Below are positions 1 through 10,085 of a DNA stretch of 64,000 nt, piece by piece; the first letter of the stretch is position 1, and each line of letters begins with the position of its first letter. The stretch is from Oligoflexia bacterium (GTDB taxonomy: Bacteria; Bdellovibrionota; UBA1018): assembly GCA_963758495.1 (NCBI GenBank), contig CAVWVI010000004.1:384001-448000 (forward strand), written 5' to 3'. Both the position numbers and the translations under genes were made by a program. The notes beneath the pieces are model-generated. The model searched no databases. It had not been told where the DNA came from and was given only the letters and a program-made list of their open reading frames with translations.

Positions 1-67
1 ACCTAGCCTCTATTAACGGGAAACCCATATTGCTCAACTAATTCCACAGACTCCCTAGTAAACAAAA

Positions 68-514
68 TTAAAAAATATGAAAAAGGGGCAAGCCCTGAGA
101 AACAGCGTACGGGCTTTCGCTATAGCTAGTTGATCTATTCTCAAAAATAATAAAATTCGGCGGGTCCTGATTGATTTGTGGGTCCATTACCCCGACCCTT
201 GGAGAATTCTGAGATAAGGGAAAATCAAAATTCGGAGTAGGTCTCTTCAATAGTAACACTGGGTTTACAGATGAAGACGGTGATCGTTGTTTTTTAGAGT
301 CATGGCATTTTTTAGAAAAATTAGATTTTTTAAGGTCTGAGCTATTTTGGCAAGCTGCTGCTTCAGCCGCCCAAAAAAACAGGCAGACCACTACCAAAAC
401 CTCAAGGCCGAAAGTAATCCACCCTAGCGCCGTATTCACGGATTGACGAGAATGAACTGAATGAAAAAAACCATGTGAAATCTTAGCCTTATAAATCATT
501 GGCTCGGTGACCAT
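68..514 (-). CDS. hypothetical membrane/secreted protein
   Basis: 148-aa ORF with GAGGAGG SD just upstream of the ATG and one hydrophobic segment (LEVLVVVCLFFWAAEA); no family recognised. Confidence 0.55.
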   Translation of the reverse strand: MVTEPMIYKAKISHGFFHSVHSRQSVNTALGWITFGLEVLVVVCLFFWAAEAAACQNSSDLKKSNFSKKCHDSKKQRSPSSSVNPVLLLKRPTPNFDFPLSQNSPRVGVMDPQINQDPPNFIIFENRSTSYSESPYAVSQGLPLFHIF

Positions 515-827
515 AAAAGCCTCCTCGCTATTTAAACTTAACTAATAGTATATCATAATAATCAGGTATTAATCTAGGATTATATAAAACTCTATATTTG
601 ACAAAAAGCCATCCCTTTAAAGGGGTAAACCCCTGCTATAAACTGCATTGAATTGCAAAAGTGGCAGGGGTTTATGAATTTATATTCGTTTTCTAAAAGT
701 TTCTTTAATTCGACAATTACAAATTTGGATCATGAACTCAAGAATGACGCATAATACTTATCACTCCCTTGAGTCCGTGCTATATTTCAAACATTCATCT
801 GCAAACTTCAGAGAAGGAGAATGGTTT

Positions 828-1535
828 ATGGAAATTGCATTGTTCAATTTAGATGGCTTTATGTTTATTCTTAGATGGCTTCATTTTTTCTTTGGTGTCC
901 TGTGGATTGGGCTTTTGTACTACTTTAATTTTGTACAAGGTTCTTTCTTTGCAGAAACCGATGCCACCACTAAATCAAATGCAATACAAAAACTTGTTCC
1001 TCGAGCCCTTCTCTGGTTTCGATGGGCTGCCATGTTTACCATGATTACCGGCGTTCTTTATCTAGGACTTAAAGGTCACATTGCCCGTACTCCTGCGATT
1101 TTCGCAACTTCTTGGGGTGTCGCTATCCTCACAGGAGTGAGCTTAGGATTACTCATGTGGGCGAATGTCTGGTTTGTGATCTGGCCCAACCAGAAAATCG
1201 TGATCGCCTCTGCGACTCAAGTCGCTCAAGGAGGGAAAGCCATTCCTGAAGCAGCTGCCGCCGCTGCAAGAGCAGGAGTAGCATCTCGTACGAATACTTT
1301 ATTTTCTATACCCATGTTATTTTTTATGGGTGCCGCAAGCCATCTACCGATTGCAATCAATCCCAATGCAAATCTCATGATTTTAGCGGGAGTTCTTGCA
1401 GTTATTTTCTTAGGATTAGAACTGAATGCAATTAAAGGCAAAACTGGACCTATCACCACTGTCAAAGGCGTCATTCACGGTGGTTTTGTACTCACAGTAC
1501 TCCTTTATGCCATTGTGGAGATTTTAACTAAATAA
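828..1535 (+). CDS. urate hydroxylase PuuD-like membrane protein (Urate_ox_N/DUF989 domain)
   Basis: Motifs LRWLHFFFGVLWIGLLYYFNFVQ, FRWAAMFT, NVWFVIWPNQK, SRTNTLFSIPMLFFM; AGGAGA SD at 815-820 favours ATG 828 over 732. Confidence 0.8.
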   Translation: MEIALFNLDGFMFILRWLHFFFGVLWIGLLYYFNFVQGSFFAETDATTKSNAIQKLVPRALLWFRWAAMFTMITGVLYLGLKGHIARTPAIFATSWGVAILTGVSLGLLMWANVWFVIWPNQKIVIASATQVAQGGKAIPEAAAAAARAGVASRTNTLFSIPMLFFMGAASHLPIAINPNANLMILAGVLAVIFLGLELNAIKGKTGPITTVKGVIHGGFVLTVLLYAIVEILTK

Positions 1536-1607
1536 GAAGGACACAAATCACAAGCGATAGGTCACAGCTAAAATAGAAAAAACTGGGAAAAAATGAGAGG
1601 CAGAAAA

Positions 1608-2024
1608 ATGAACTATCAGTCATCAAATACTGACCTACCCAACTTAGCTGTGGCCTACCGCTTGACTCTTATCGTCTTAGTCATTGTGTTCATTCTTATG
1701 TCGGTTTTTACGGGTTGTCAGCGTACCACTCCACCTCAGGACACTCCCTCATCCACTTCACCTTCCGCAGACCACGGTAGAGTGATTTATCAAACTCAAT
1801 GCATTGCCTGTCATAATTCTAACCCACATAAGCCTGGATCGATCGGTCCTGATATTTTTGGATCTTCTAAAGAACTGCTTCAAGCAAGGATTTTAAAAGG
1901 AGATTACCCGCCGGGATATCAACCGAAGAGATCCACTCATAATATGGCGGCATTGCCTCATCTTAAAGATGAGATTGATTCACTTCACGCTTATTTGAAC
2001 TCGGATCCTTCTTTAAATCCTTAG
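1608..2024 (+). CDS. monoheme c-type cytochrome, probable lipoprotein
   Basis: CIACH heme motif, distal Met (HNMAALP), hydrophobic N-terminus ending FTGC; GAGAGG SD before ATG 1608. Confidence 0.85.
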   Translation: MNYQSSNTDLPNLAVAYRLTLIVLVIVFILMSVFTGCQRTTPPQDTPSSTSPSADHGRVIYQTQCIACHNSNPHKPGSIGPDIFGSSKELLQARILKGDYPPGYQPKRSTHNMAALPHLKDEIDSLHAYLNSDPSLNP

Positions 2025-2975
2025 GTAAATCCGTAGATAAATTTGTGGGCAAATCTTTAGAGTTTTTCACTGCCCTTGCCTTCATGCGTTTAAATTCACG
2101 CTCCAAATAGGCATATCCGTTCATCTCAATCGCTGATTTCATTTTTCCATGCATGACTTTAGAAACTAAATCTGTTTTTTTTAAAAGATCCAACTCAAGC
2201 ACCATCGCTTGAACTACGTAAACGTTTCCCGGTACATCTCGTTTATCGCCTTTCGTTTATCGCAAGACACTTGCGACCACTCACCCCAACTGTCAAAATA
2301 GTGATCCGTATAAGCGTCACGAATCCACACCGTAGCTTCTAAACCCGAAGGATCTTTCACCATTCGACGATCGAGAATCTGACGAATGGTCCGAATTTTT
2401 CCTGGTGCAAAATCCATTTTTCTTAAAAAAAAGAGTGAGCCTTTTGGGCGCGGTACTCGAGATACAAAACCGTGTGTCTCAAGCAAAGCCCACGGATCTA
2501 CTGGATTCCCAGGAAATTCGTACTCTTTTCTTTTTTGAGTGATTTCATATTCAAGTGAACGTCTCATCCCAAGCTCTAAAAATGTTTCTAATCTCTGATC
2601 TGACTTGGAGCTTTTAATTTGAGCGGTTTCAAATCGATTCAGTTTTACTTCACAGGGAAAACTATCGCAGTCTACGATACTTTTTAAATCTTGAGAACTC
2701 CAAGGTTCCCACGCCTTCCTTGCTTTTCTCCAACTCGCTTGGCTTTTGCTCGAATCGAGTGCCGTGCCCGGCACTTCTGCTTGCAGTGCTTGGATCCACT
2801 TCTCGCAACTCTCTGACTTCATTTCTTGGGCGCGAACCACCCAAAGTACTGGACCATTCGATTCAAAGCCCAACCAAGGATTTTGCGTCTGTACCAATTC
2901 TCCCACTCCCCCAAAAGGAAGTAAGAACAGTCCAGTAGCTGCAGAAACCGCATTGAGCCAACTCACAACAGACAA
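1963..2975 (-). pseudogene. frameshifted secreted hypothetical protein (third gene of the mlaE-mlaD operon); ORFs 2214..2975 and 1963..2205 join into one frame
   Basis: 11-bp direct repeat TCGTTTATCGC at 2239-2249 and 2253-2263; removing 14 nt gives the continuous reading ...SCDKRDVPGNVYVVQAMVLELDLLKK... Confidence 0.7.
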
Positions 2976-2981
2976 TCTAAA

Positions 2982-4502
2982 CTATTTAAGAGTAAAGAGC
3001 AGCTTAATATCGTCGTCATCAAACCGGATGCCCGCTCCATAAAAATAAATAGCCTGTCCATTAGATGGATAAGCTCGAAATGATTCAATCCCTGCCCGTA
3101 AATAGAGACCAGACCAAGGCTGCACGGTTAATGTCACTCGATCATCAACTGTAGATCCAACCACATTTCGTGCGTAAATATCATTTCGCAATTGAATCCG
3201 ATTTTCAAATCCAGTCGGTCCTAAATAAATGGAAGCAGACGCTGCACCATCTCCATAAAGCGCTCCCACTGACAAATCCAAGCGATTAAAAAAGACTTTA
3301 CCAATCATACCCGTCAATAAAAGACCGGTTTGATCGGTCACTTGAGTTTGGGTCGTCTGAGTCAAGCCCCCTGCTGTGGTAGTCACCGTCGTATTAGAAA
3401 TTTTTCCTCGAGGATCAGATGATATTCCTAACAAATAATAGTGGTCAGGCTGAGGCCAAATACCTAACTGAAACCATCCTCGCCCCCCATTATAGGCTGT
3501 CAACTGAGCTGCACCAATATCGACAATAAAATGTACTTTTCCTACTTTAGTCAAAAAACCATTCAGATTTCGAATCGCTTCTCTGATTTCTTGAGCATAA
3601 GAAGGATCATTCAGTAACATTCCTACTGAGCCTTCCCCTTTATTCACTCGAGTCATGAGATCACGAAGTTGCTCAATGGAATCTTCAAGCTTCGCCAATG
3701 TCCTCTGAGCCGTCTGATTCAGACCCCCTTCTGGGGCAAGGGTTTTTGAAGCATTTTGTAAAGTCACATTCAACTGACGCATGGTTCTTCGTAAATCTTC
3801 GGGGTTGATAGCCTGTTTAATATTGTCAGTTAAATTAGACATTTGATGAACGAGTTCATCCACTCGGCTCACTAAATGCTGAATATCTTCTCCTTCTTCG
3901 CCCACGGGAATCTCTCGCCCCCCTCTCCCGACTCGCTTCGGAGGAGTAGTAGCAACAGATAAAGGCGGTGGAGATGATTGGGTCATGCTGATTGGCTGGG
4001 AATCTTCTGCCCAAACTTGAGGTTCAATCCAGTCTAACACTCTCTCTAGAAATGCGCTTTTCTGATGATATTCATCAATATTGATGAACTTAGAATCTTC
4101 CTCTGAACCTGAGCCAGCTTTATCCGGCTGGGGATTTGAATCTAAATACTTAATCGGCTTAAGTTCAACAAATTTATCGCCCAAGAATCCTTCTCCTCGG
4201 ATAAACGCGCGCGTCGAGGGAAGAACTTCTACTGGAGCTGTAATACAAATGCCCAAAGTCACATGTGTTTCTGATAACGAAACACTTTTCAAATATCCAA
4301 TCTCAATGCCCAGTGAACGAATAGGAGATTTAGTTTTTAAGCCTGTTGCGTCTTCCACATTAATTTTCACTAATTGACAAGGGCGCCACCAATAAGGCCT
4401 ATGATTCACCAAAACACTGATGCCCACAATCAGGGCCAAACCTAAAACCGTAAAAATTCCTACTTTGAGTCGGGTTACATAGCTCGAATGAGTCGTATTC
4501 AT
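2982..4502 (-). CDS. mlaD: MCE/MlaD family protein with helical region and C-terminal beta-strand-rich (barrel-like) domain
   Basis: N-terminal TM (KVGIFTVLGL), MCE motifs DATGLKTKSPIRSLGIEIGY and GFLGDKFVEL, NKGEGSVGMLLND, alternating aromatic strands ending YFYGAGIRFDDDDIK. Confidence 0.9.
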   Translation of the reverse strand: MNTTHSSYVTRLKVGIFTVLGLALIVGISVLVNHRPYWWRPCQLVKINVEDATGLKTKSPIRSLGIEIGYLKSVSLSETHVTLGICITAPVEVLPSTRAFIRGEGFLGDKFVELKPIKYLDSNPQPDKAGSGSEEDSKFINIDEYHQKSAFLERVLDWIEPQVWAEDSQPISMTQSSPPPLSVATTPPKRVGRGGREIPVGEEGEDIQHLVSRVDELVHQMSNLTDNIKQAINPEDLRRTMRQLNVTLQNASKTLAPEGGLNQTAQRTLAKLEDSIEQLRDLMTRVNKGEGSVGMLLNDPSYAQEIREAIRNLNGFLTKVGKVHFIVDIGAAQLTAYNGGRGWFQLGIWPQPDHYYLLGISSDPRGKISNTTVTTTAGGLTQTTQTQVTDQTGLLLTGMIGKVFFNRLDLSVGALYGDGAASASIYLGPTGFENRIQLRNDIYARNVVGSTVDDRVTLTVQPWSGLYLRAGIESFRAYPSNGQAIYFYGAGIRFDDDDIKLLFTLK

Positions 4503-5285
4503 TTACATCACCTTTAACTTCTTAAATCCAAATGGCAATAATGAGGTTAACAAATAATCACTTAAGAGAATGGCGAGACAGGTTGCCACCACAGTATTTC
4601 GAGTGGCTTGGCCTACAGCTCGTGCCCCCCCGAATGCTCTAAAACCACAAAAACATCCAATCCAGGTCAAGAGAAGCCCAAATGCAGCTGCTTTGACTAC
4701 ACAATGGGTAATCTCAATAGGATCTACAATTTTAAAAAACTGGCTCCAAAAAATCGAATATTGTAGGTCCATAATGCCGCACGCAACTCCACAGGCAGCC
4801 AAAGTCGCTACCACGGAGAAAAAAACCGCAAGTATAGGCATCATAAAAAACCCTGCTAAAACTCTTGGAAAAACCAAGTATTCTATAGGGTCTACAGCCA
4901 TTACCTCTAAAGCATCAACTTGTTCAGAAACCTTCATACTTGAAATCTCAGCAGCCATGGCTGCGCCCGCCCTACCCGTCACCATAATACCTGCCATAAC
5001 GGGAGCGAGTTCTCTAAAAAGCGCTACACCTACAGAACCTCCTAGAAGAGCCTCTGCTCCAAACTGATGTAAGGAAACAAAGAGCTGATAGCCTAGAACA
5101 GCACCCATAAACAAAGCGGCAGCAACGATTATTCCCAGGGAGCTTACCCCAATAAATTCACATTGCTTTAAAAAAAGACCTCGCCGACGCCAAAAATATT
5201 GAGACGAACGAACCGTATCCACGACAAAAAGAGTAAAATCACCCAAAAGAGTGATCAGTGAGATAAAAAAATCAAGTATATTCAC
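4503..5285 (-). CDS. mlaE: MlaE family ABC permease
   Basis: Signature RELAPVMAGIMVTGRAGAAMAAEISSMKVSEQVDALEVMAVDPIEYLVFPRV and GGARAVGQATRNTVV. Confidence 0.95.
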   Translation of the reverse strand: MNILDFFISLITLLGDFTLFVVDTVRSSQYFWRRRGLFLKQCEFIGVSSLGIIVAAALFMGAVLGYQLFVSLHQFGAEALLGGSVGVALFRELAPVMAGIMVTGRAGAAMAAEISSMKVSEQVDALEVMAVDPIEYLVFPRVLAGFFMMPILAVFFSVVATLAACGVACGIMDLQYSIFWSQFFKIVDPIEITHCVVKAAAFGLLLTWIGCFCGFRAFGGARAVGQATRNTVVATCLAILLSDYLLTSLLPFGFKKLKVM

Positions 5286-5375
5286 GCTAAATTAGTTAAG
5301 ACCATATGGAGCAGAAAAACAAGAATAAGAAGTGTGAAGATCCAAGAATAATCCAAGATCAATGGAGACACGACC

Positions 5376-7808
5376 GTGAAATGGTTCTCAAGTTTTATCA
5401 TTCGTCGAGCCGGAATTGTTGCTATTTTAGGAACTCTCCTTGCTTGTCTTGGAGGATACTATTCGGTACAGCTTTACAAAAACCTCCGCACTGAAATTCA
5501 AGAACTGTTGCCCACCACAGCACGAAGCGTAGTTGATTTAAAAGAAGTTTCAGAAAGACTTGAATCCATAGACAATCTGGCAGTCTTAGTATTTTCTAAA
5601 AACACTCAAGCCAGTAAACGCTTTGTCATAGACTTATCAAAACGCTTGGAATCTGTACCCAAATCCACCATTGCAAGTATTGATTATCGTATTGATCGCG
5701 AACTTAAGTTTTTTAAAGCTCGACAAGCACTTTTCTTGAGTCTTTCAGATCTAATACGAGTTGAGAGCTACATCCGAAACCGTATTGATTATGAAAAGGA
5801 ACTCTATAACCCGCTCAATATTTTTAGAAGCGAGGATCTACCGGAACCCAAACTCGATTTTTTTGCCTTAAAAAGCAAATACTCAGGCAAAACAGCCAAC
5901 TACGAGCGCCTTCCAGATGGTTTCTACGCTACGGAAGATGAAACAAAAAGAGTCATCTTAGTCAATATGCCGGGCCAATCTGCAGGAATCGAGAACGCAT
6001 ACCGCCTAAGAAATGCAGTGAACCACGCAATCGAAGAACTTCATCCTCAATCCTATGCGCCCGATATAGAAATCAAATATACGGGAGGTGTCGAAGATAC
6101 GATCGAAGAACAAAGTGCTTTAGTGGCAGATCTAGAACTATCAACAGTCATTGTGAGTATCGTTGTCACTCTAGGAATGCTCGCATTCTACCGCAATATT
6201 CGGGCAACCTTGGCTCTCGTCACCAGCCTTTTCATGGGCACCTTATGGACATTTGGAATTTCCTACTTTGTGGTGGGATACCTCAATGCCAACTCTGCGT
6301 TTTTAGGCAGCATTGTCATTGGAAATGGAATTAATTTTGGAATTATTTATTTAGCGCGATACCTAGAAGAAAGACGCAAAAATAGAAGTAATTTGCGGGC
6401 CACGCGTATCGCAATGATCCATACCGCGACCTCTACTTGGACCGCTGCATTAGCCGCTGGACTTTCTTATGGTTCACTGATGCTCACTGGATTTCGAGGA
6501 TTTAAACAGTTTGGAGTGATTGGTTTAATCGGAATGATTTTATGTTGGATCAGTGCATATACCCTGCTTCCAGCCTTTTTGACTGTGTTCGACTTCTATA
6601 AGCCTCTTTTTACAAAAAAGATCAAGCAACCCACACCTTATATAGCGGGCACTATTGCTACACTGGTCGGGCGTTTTCCTAAAGCCATTTGGGGAGTATC
6701 TCTTTGCATCACTCTTCTTTCATTTGCGACTTTTTTTCGATTTAGCCCCAATATCTTGGAAACCAATTTATCGAAACTCAGGAACAAGGAAAGCATGACT
6801 CGAGGATCTGCTTACTTATCCAAACACCTAGATGACATTTTTCATCATTACCTCTCACCCCTCGTCATCCTTCCTGATACGCGAGAAAATAGCCGAAAAA
6901 TTGCAGCTCTTCTAAAAGAACAAAAAGAAAAAGAAGGCTCAAAGAGCCTCATTGCCTCGGTTCAGACTCTAGATGATTTTATCCCTAAGGATCAGCCAGA
7001 GAAAATTAAAGTATTAAAAAGTATTCGAAGGCTTCTTCCAGAAAAATTCTTACAGAGACTTTCAGAGTCTGATCAAAAACTGGTCAGTGAATTTCTCACA
7101 AAAGAGACTTTAAAACCCTTTACTGAAAAAGATCTTCCCCCTTTAATTCGAAGTAAATTTACAGAAAAGGACGGGACTATAGGCAAAATGGTTTTAGTCG
7201 AGCCTCCGCTTACCAATGAAACCTGGAACGGGCCCAATCTCATTCAGTTCATAGATCACTTAAGAAACATCGCGGATTCAGTTGAACCGGGCGCCCCAGT
7301 CGCGGGCACGATCGCGATTTCTTCGGATATGATCCAAGCGATTACTCATGATGGGCCTCGGGCGACTCTATTTGCACTTTTAGCAGTGATCTTGTTAGTT
7401 GTGGTGCTCTTTAGAAACTTGAAAACGATTTCCCTTGTCCTGTTTGCTTTATTTATCGGAGTGACTTGGCTTGCCGGCATCATTTTGGGATTCAATTTAA
7501 AAATTAATTTCTTAAACTTTATCGCTCTCCCTATTACTTTTGGGATCGGCATCGACTATGGCGTGAATATTTTTCAACGCTATAGGGAAACCCGCACAGG
7601 CAATATTCTTAATGTTATTAGGAATACAGGTAGCGCAGTGGGGCTCTGCAGTTTTGCGACCATTATAGGCTATATGTCTTTGCTCATCGCAGGCAATCAG
7701 GGATTTGTGAGCTTCGGACTCCTTGCAGTGGCCGGAGAAATCACCTGTGTGATCGCCGCAGTCGTTTCATTACCTGCTTTTCTGATTCTCTGGAATCGCA
7801 GAAAGTAA
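5376..7808 (+). CDS. MMPL family (RND superfamily) transporter, HpnN-like
   Basis: 810 aa, two repeats of TM + periplasmic domain + 5 TM; motifs IGNGINFGI and GIGIDYGVNIFQRY. Confidence 0.9.
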   Translation: MKWFSSFIIRRAGIVAILGTLLACLGGYYSVQLYKNLRTEIQELLPTTARSVVDLKEVSERLESIDNLAVLVFSKNTQASKRFVIDLSKRLESVPKSTIASIDYRIDRELKFFKARQALFLSLSDLIRVESYIRNRIDYEKELYNPLNIFRSEDLPEPKLDFFALKSKYSGKTANYERLPDGFYATEDETKRVILVNMPGQSAGIENAYRLRNAVNHAIEELHPQSYAPDIEIKYTGGVEDTIEEQSALVADLELSTVIVSIVVTLGMLAFYRNIRATLALVTSLFMGTLWTFGISYFVVGYLNANSAFLGSIVIGNGINFGIIYLARYLEERRKNRSNLRATRIAMIHTATSTWTAALAAGLSYGSLMLTGFRGFKQFGVIGLIGMILCWISAYTLLPAFLTVFDFYKPLFTKKIKQPTPYIAGTIATLVGRFPKAIWGVSLCITLLSFATFFRFSPNILETNLSKLRNKESMTRGSAYLSKHLDDIFHHYLSPLVILPDTRENSRKIAALLKEQKEKEGSKSLIASVQTLDDFIPKDQPEKIKVLKSIRRLLPEKFLQRLSESDQKLVSEFLTKETLKPFTEKDLPPLIRSKFTEKDGTIGKMVLVEPPLTNETWNGPNLIQFIDHLRNIADSVEPGAPVAGTIAISSDMIQAITHDGPRATLFALLAVILLVVVLFRNLKTISLVLFALFIGVTWLAGIILGFNLKINFLNFIALPITFGIGIDYGVNIFQRYRETRTGNILNVIRNTGSAVGLCSFATIIGYMSLLIAGNQGFVSFGLLAVAGEITCVIAAVVSLPAFLILWNRRK

Positions 7809-7829
7809 GCACTGCAAGGAACTACCTAC
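7805..7829. repeat. GTAAG...CTTAC REP-like repeat copy
   Basis: GTAAGCACTGCAAGGAACTACCTAC; overlaps the stop codons of both convergent flanking genes; related copies at 23197, 23960, 30223, 40673, 47188. Confidence 0.65.
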
Positions 7830-8662
7830 CTCAATGAATTTTGAAGAACTGATTCCTCAGCAGAAGCATCTTCTTCTAACTTCTTCTGTGGAGTTTTTTC
7901 TCGAAGACGAATTTCTTTAGCAATTGCCCAGAGTCTTTCAATAGCTGAAAAATTCGACATGACAGCCACTAAACAAAGTGCAATCACCATCGGGTGAGCA
8001 ATCGCAATGGGATATTCTCGGTTCGTTTCAAACCAAGGGATACTGATCGGAGAAAGCGCCGCTCCTAGCGTCAAATAAAAAGCCCTCTCTGGCCGACGCA
8101 TACTCCCCTTGGGAGGATCTACCTGCAAAGCTTCAGCTTTAGCACTTGAGTAACTCACCATAAATGAGCCCACCAGAGCCAATAAAGTGAGAATCATCAA
8201 CACTGGAATTTCACGGTAATAAATGAGTAATCCGCCTAGGAAAAAAAACTCCACATAACGATCTACCGCCGCGTCTAAGACCTCACCTGCATCTGAAGAT
8301 TTCCCGGTCAGTCGGGCTACCATCCCATCCAAAGAATCCATTACGGCAGATAGCGTAGCAAAGACAGAACCTGAACCGAAATGACCAAAGGCAAGACAAC
8401 AGCCCGCCAATAATCCAAAAGTGAAGGATCCCCATGAAATCTGGTTCGCAGAAATCTTACAGAAAACAAGAAGACGGCCTAAGGGTTGAAAAAACCAATA
8501 ACCCAATTCCATGATGTTCTTACTGAGTAGCGGACTTCCTCCTTGGCGCTCAACTCGATCAAAGTGGGCGTGCCCCTTGAGAATGACACGCACGCCATAG
8601 GCTAAAGTAATTAGGATCACTACTGCAAAAAGAACTAATACATAGATGAGTTGGAAGCTCAT
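7826..8662 (-). CDS. CDP-alcohol phosphatidyltransferase, probable phosphatidylinositol-phosphate synthase
   Basis: Signature DSLDGMVARLTGKSSDAGEVLDAAVDRYVE; GSFMVSYSSAKAE and MRRPER as in PIP synthases; 4-bp overlap with ino1. Confidence 0.88.
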   Translation of the reverse strand: MSFQLIYVLVLFAVVILITLAYGVRVILKGHAHFDRVERQGGSPLLSKNIMELGYWFFQPLGRLLVFCKISANQISWGSFTFGLLAGCCLAFGHFGSGSVFATLSAVMDSLDGMVARLTGKSSDAGEVLDAAVDRYVEFFFLGGLLIYYREIPVLMILTLLALVGSFMVSYSSAKAEALQVDPPKGSMRRPERAFYLTLGAALSPISIPWFETNREYPIAIAHPMVIALCLVAVMSNFSAIERLWAIAKEIRLREKTPQKKLEEDASAEESVLQNSLR

Positions 8663-10005
8663 ACTTCTGGACCTTCGTTGACTCCATAATAGGTCAACCC
8701 TAAATGGTTAATCAATTCTTCATTTGTAAAGAAGCGAAGCGTATTCTCTAGCTTCAATAATTGGACCGAAAGATCATGTTCAGGATTTAAGCCTTCTTTT
8801 ACAACTGGAGCTTTAAAGTAAAAGGAAAGCCACTCTTGAATTCCTCTGAGTTGAGCACGTCCTGCCAAGTCCATAAATAATGCTAAATCTAAAACGATCG
8901 GAGCTGCTAAAATGGAATCGCGGCAAAGGAAATTCACCTTGATTTGCATCGGATATCCGAGCCAACCAAAGATATCAATATTATCCCAACCTTCTTTATT
9001 ATCTCCACGAGGAGGATAATAATTGATTCGCACCACATGGTGAATATTGCTGTAGAGATCAGGGTATCTTTCACTTGAGAAAATATCGGATAGAACGCCT
9101 GACTTAGAGACTTCTTTTGACTTGAAAGACCCTGGATCATCTAATACTTCGCCATCTCGATTCCCTAAGATGTTAGTGCTATACCATCCTGCCACGCCGA
9201 GTTGTCGGTTTCTCAGACCAGGAGCAATGACTGTTTTCAACAAAGTCTGACCTGTTTTGAAATCTGACCCGCAAATTGGAGTACCCATTTCAAGAGATAA
9301 TTCCTGTAAACAAGGCATCTCTACTGAAATATTAGGAGAACCATTCGCATAAGGAACTCTCTCTTTTAATGCTGCATAAGTATAAATCTGTGAAGGTGAG
9401 ATCGCAGGATCATTATTTCGTAAACCCTCTTCAAAAACCTTCAATGATGAATGGACTTCGGATGGAGGAGTATAAACTTCTGTAGATGCACACCAGACCA
9501 TAACTGCCCGATCACATCCATTAGCCTTCATAAAATTACGGATATCTGCTCGAAGTTGATCTGCTAAATCCATCTTGTTTTTGCCCTTCTTTACATTAGG
9601 GCCATCGAGTCTTTTAACAAATTCACGATCAAAAACAGCAGGCATGGGTACAATCTTCGAAAGGGGTTCTTTCAGACTTTCCACTAATTCTTTTTCTAAA
9701 ACCTGTGCGTGTTTGGCAGCTTCATATGCATTTTCAGGAAAAAGATCCCACCCCCCAAATACAAGATCATCTAAAGAAGCGAGCGGCACGAGTTCATTTA
9801 CTTTTTTAAATCTATTCTCAGTTCGTTTTCCTAACCGCACTTGCCCCATCTGAGTATATGAACCGATAGGTTTTGCAATCCCACGTTTTACCGCTTCAAC
9901 GCCAGCATAGAAAGTAGTCGCTACAGCTCCCATTCCTGGAGTCAGAACAGCTAGTTTTCCTTTAGCAGGGGCAATCTTTAAAGTTTCTTTTGTATCAGCG
10001 GTCAT
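8659..10005 (-). CDS. ino1: myo-inositol-1-phosphate (inositol-3-phosphate) synthase
   Basis: GMGAVATT, DLVFGGWD, WCASTE, NGSP, GSDFKTGQT, STNILGNRDG, YYPPRGDNKEGWD, CRDSILAAPIVLDL. Confidence 0.96.
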   Translation of the reverse strand: MTADTKETLKIAPAKGKLAVLTPGMGAVATTFYAGVEAVKRGIAKPIGSYTQMGQVRLGKRTENRFKKVNELVPLASLDDLVFGGWDLFPENAYEAAKHAQVLEKELVESLKEPLSKIVPMPAVFDREFVKRLDGPNVKKGKNKMDLADQLRADIRNFMKANGCDRAVMVWCASTEVYTPPSEVHSSLKVFEEGLRNNDPAISPSQIYTYAALKERVPYANGSPNISVEMPCLQELSLEMGTPICGSDFKTGQTLLKTVIAPGLRNRQLGVAGWYSTNILGNRDGEVLDDPGSFKSKEVSKSGVLSDIFSSERYPDLYSNIHHVVRINYYPPRGDNKEGWDNIDIFGWLGYPMQIKVNFLCRDSILAAPIVLDLALFMDLAGRAQLRGIQEWLSFYFKAPVVKEGLNPEHDLSVQLLKLENTLRFFTNEELINHLGLTYYGVNEGPEV

Positions 10006-10085
10006 CGGGTATACTCCTTTATTTCATTAATCTACAAACAGTTATTTTTAGTCCACTTTTCTTATTAAGGCAATATCTCAGCACT

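Noticed and set aside
732..827. N-terminal extensions in the ORF track (also 11199-11228, 37348-37398, 41274-41342)
   Set aside because: SD positions and family alignments favour the downstream start codons
1866..1881. CTAAAGAACTGCTT resembling the REP-like core
   Set aside because: Lies inside the cytochrome c coding sequence (SKELL) and lacks the GG and the CTTAC end; probably chance
4081..5067. Antisense ORFs over mlaD and mlaE (and similar ones over pheT, sucD, icd, hydA)
   Set aside because: Shadow frames of well-supported genes, with no SD or recognisable motifs
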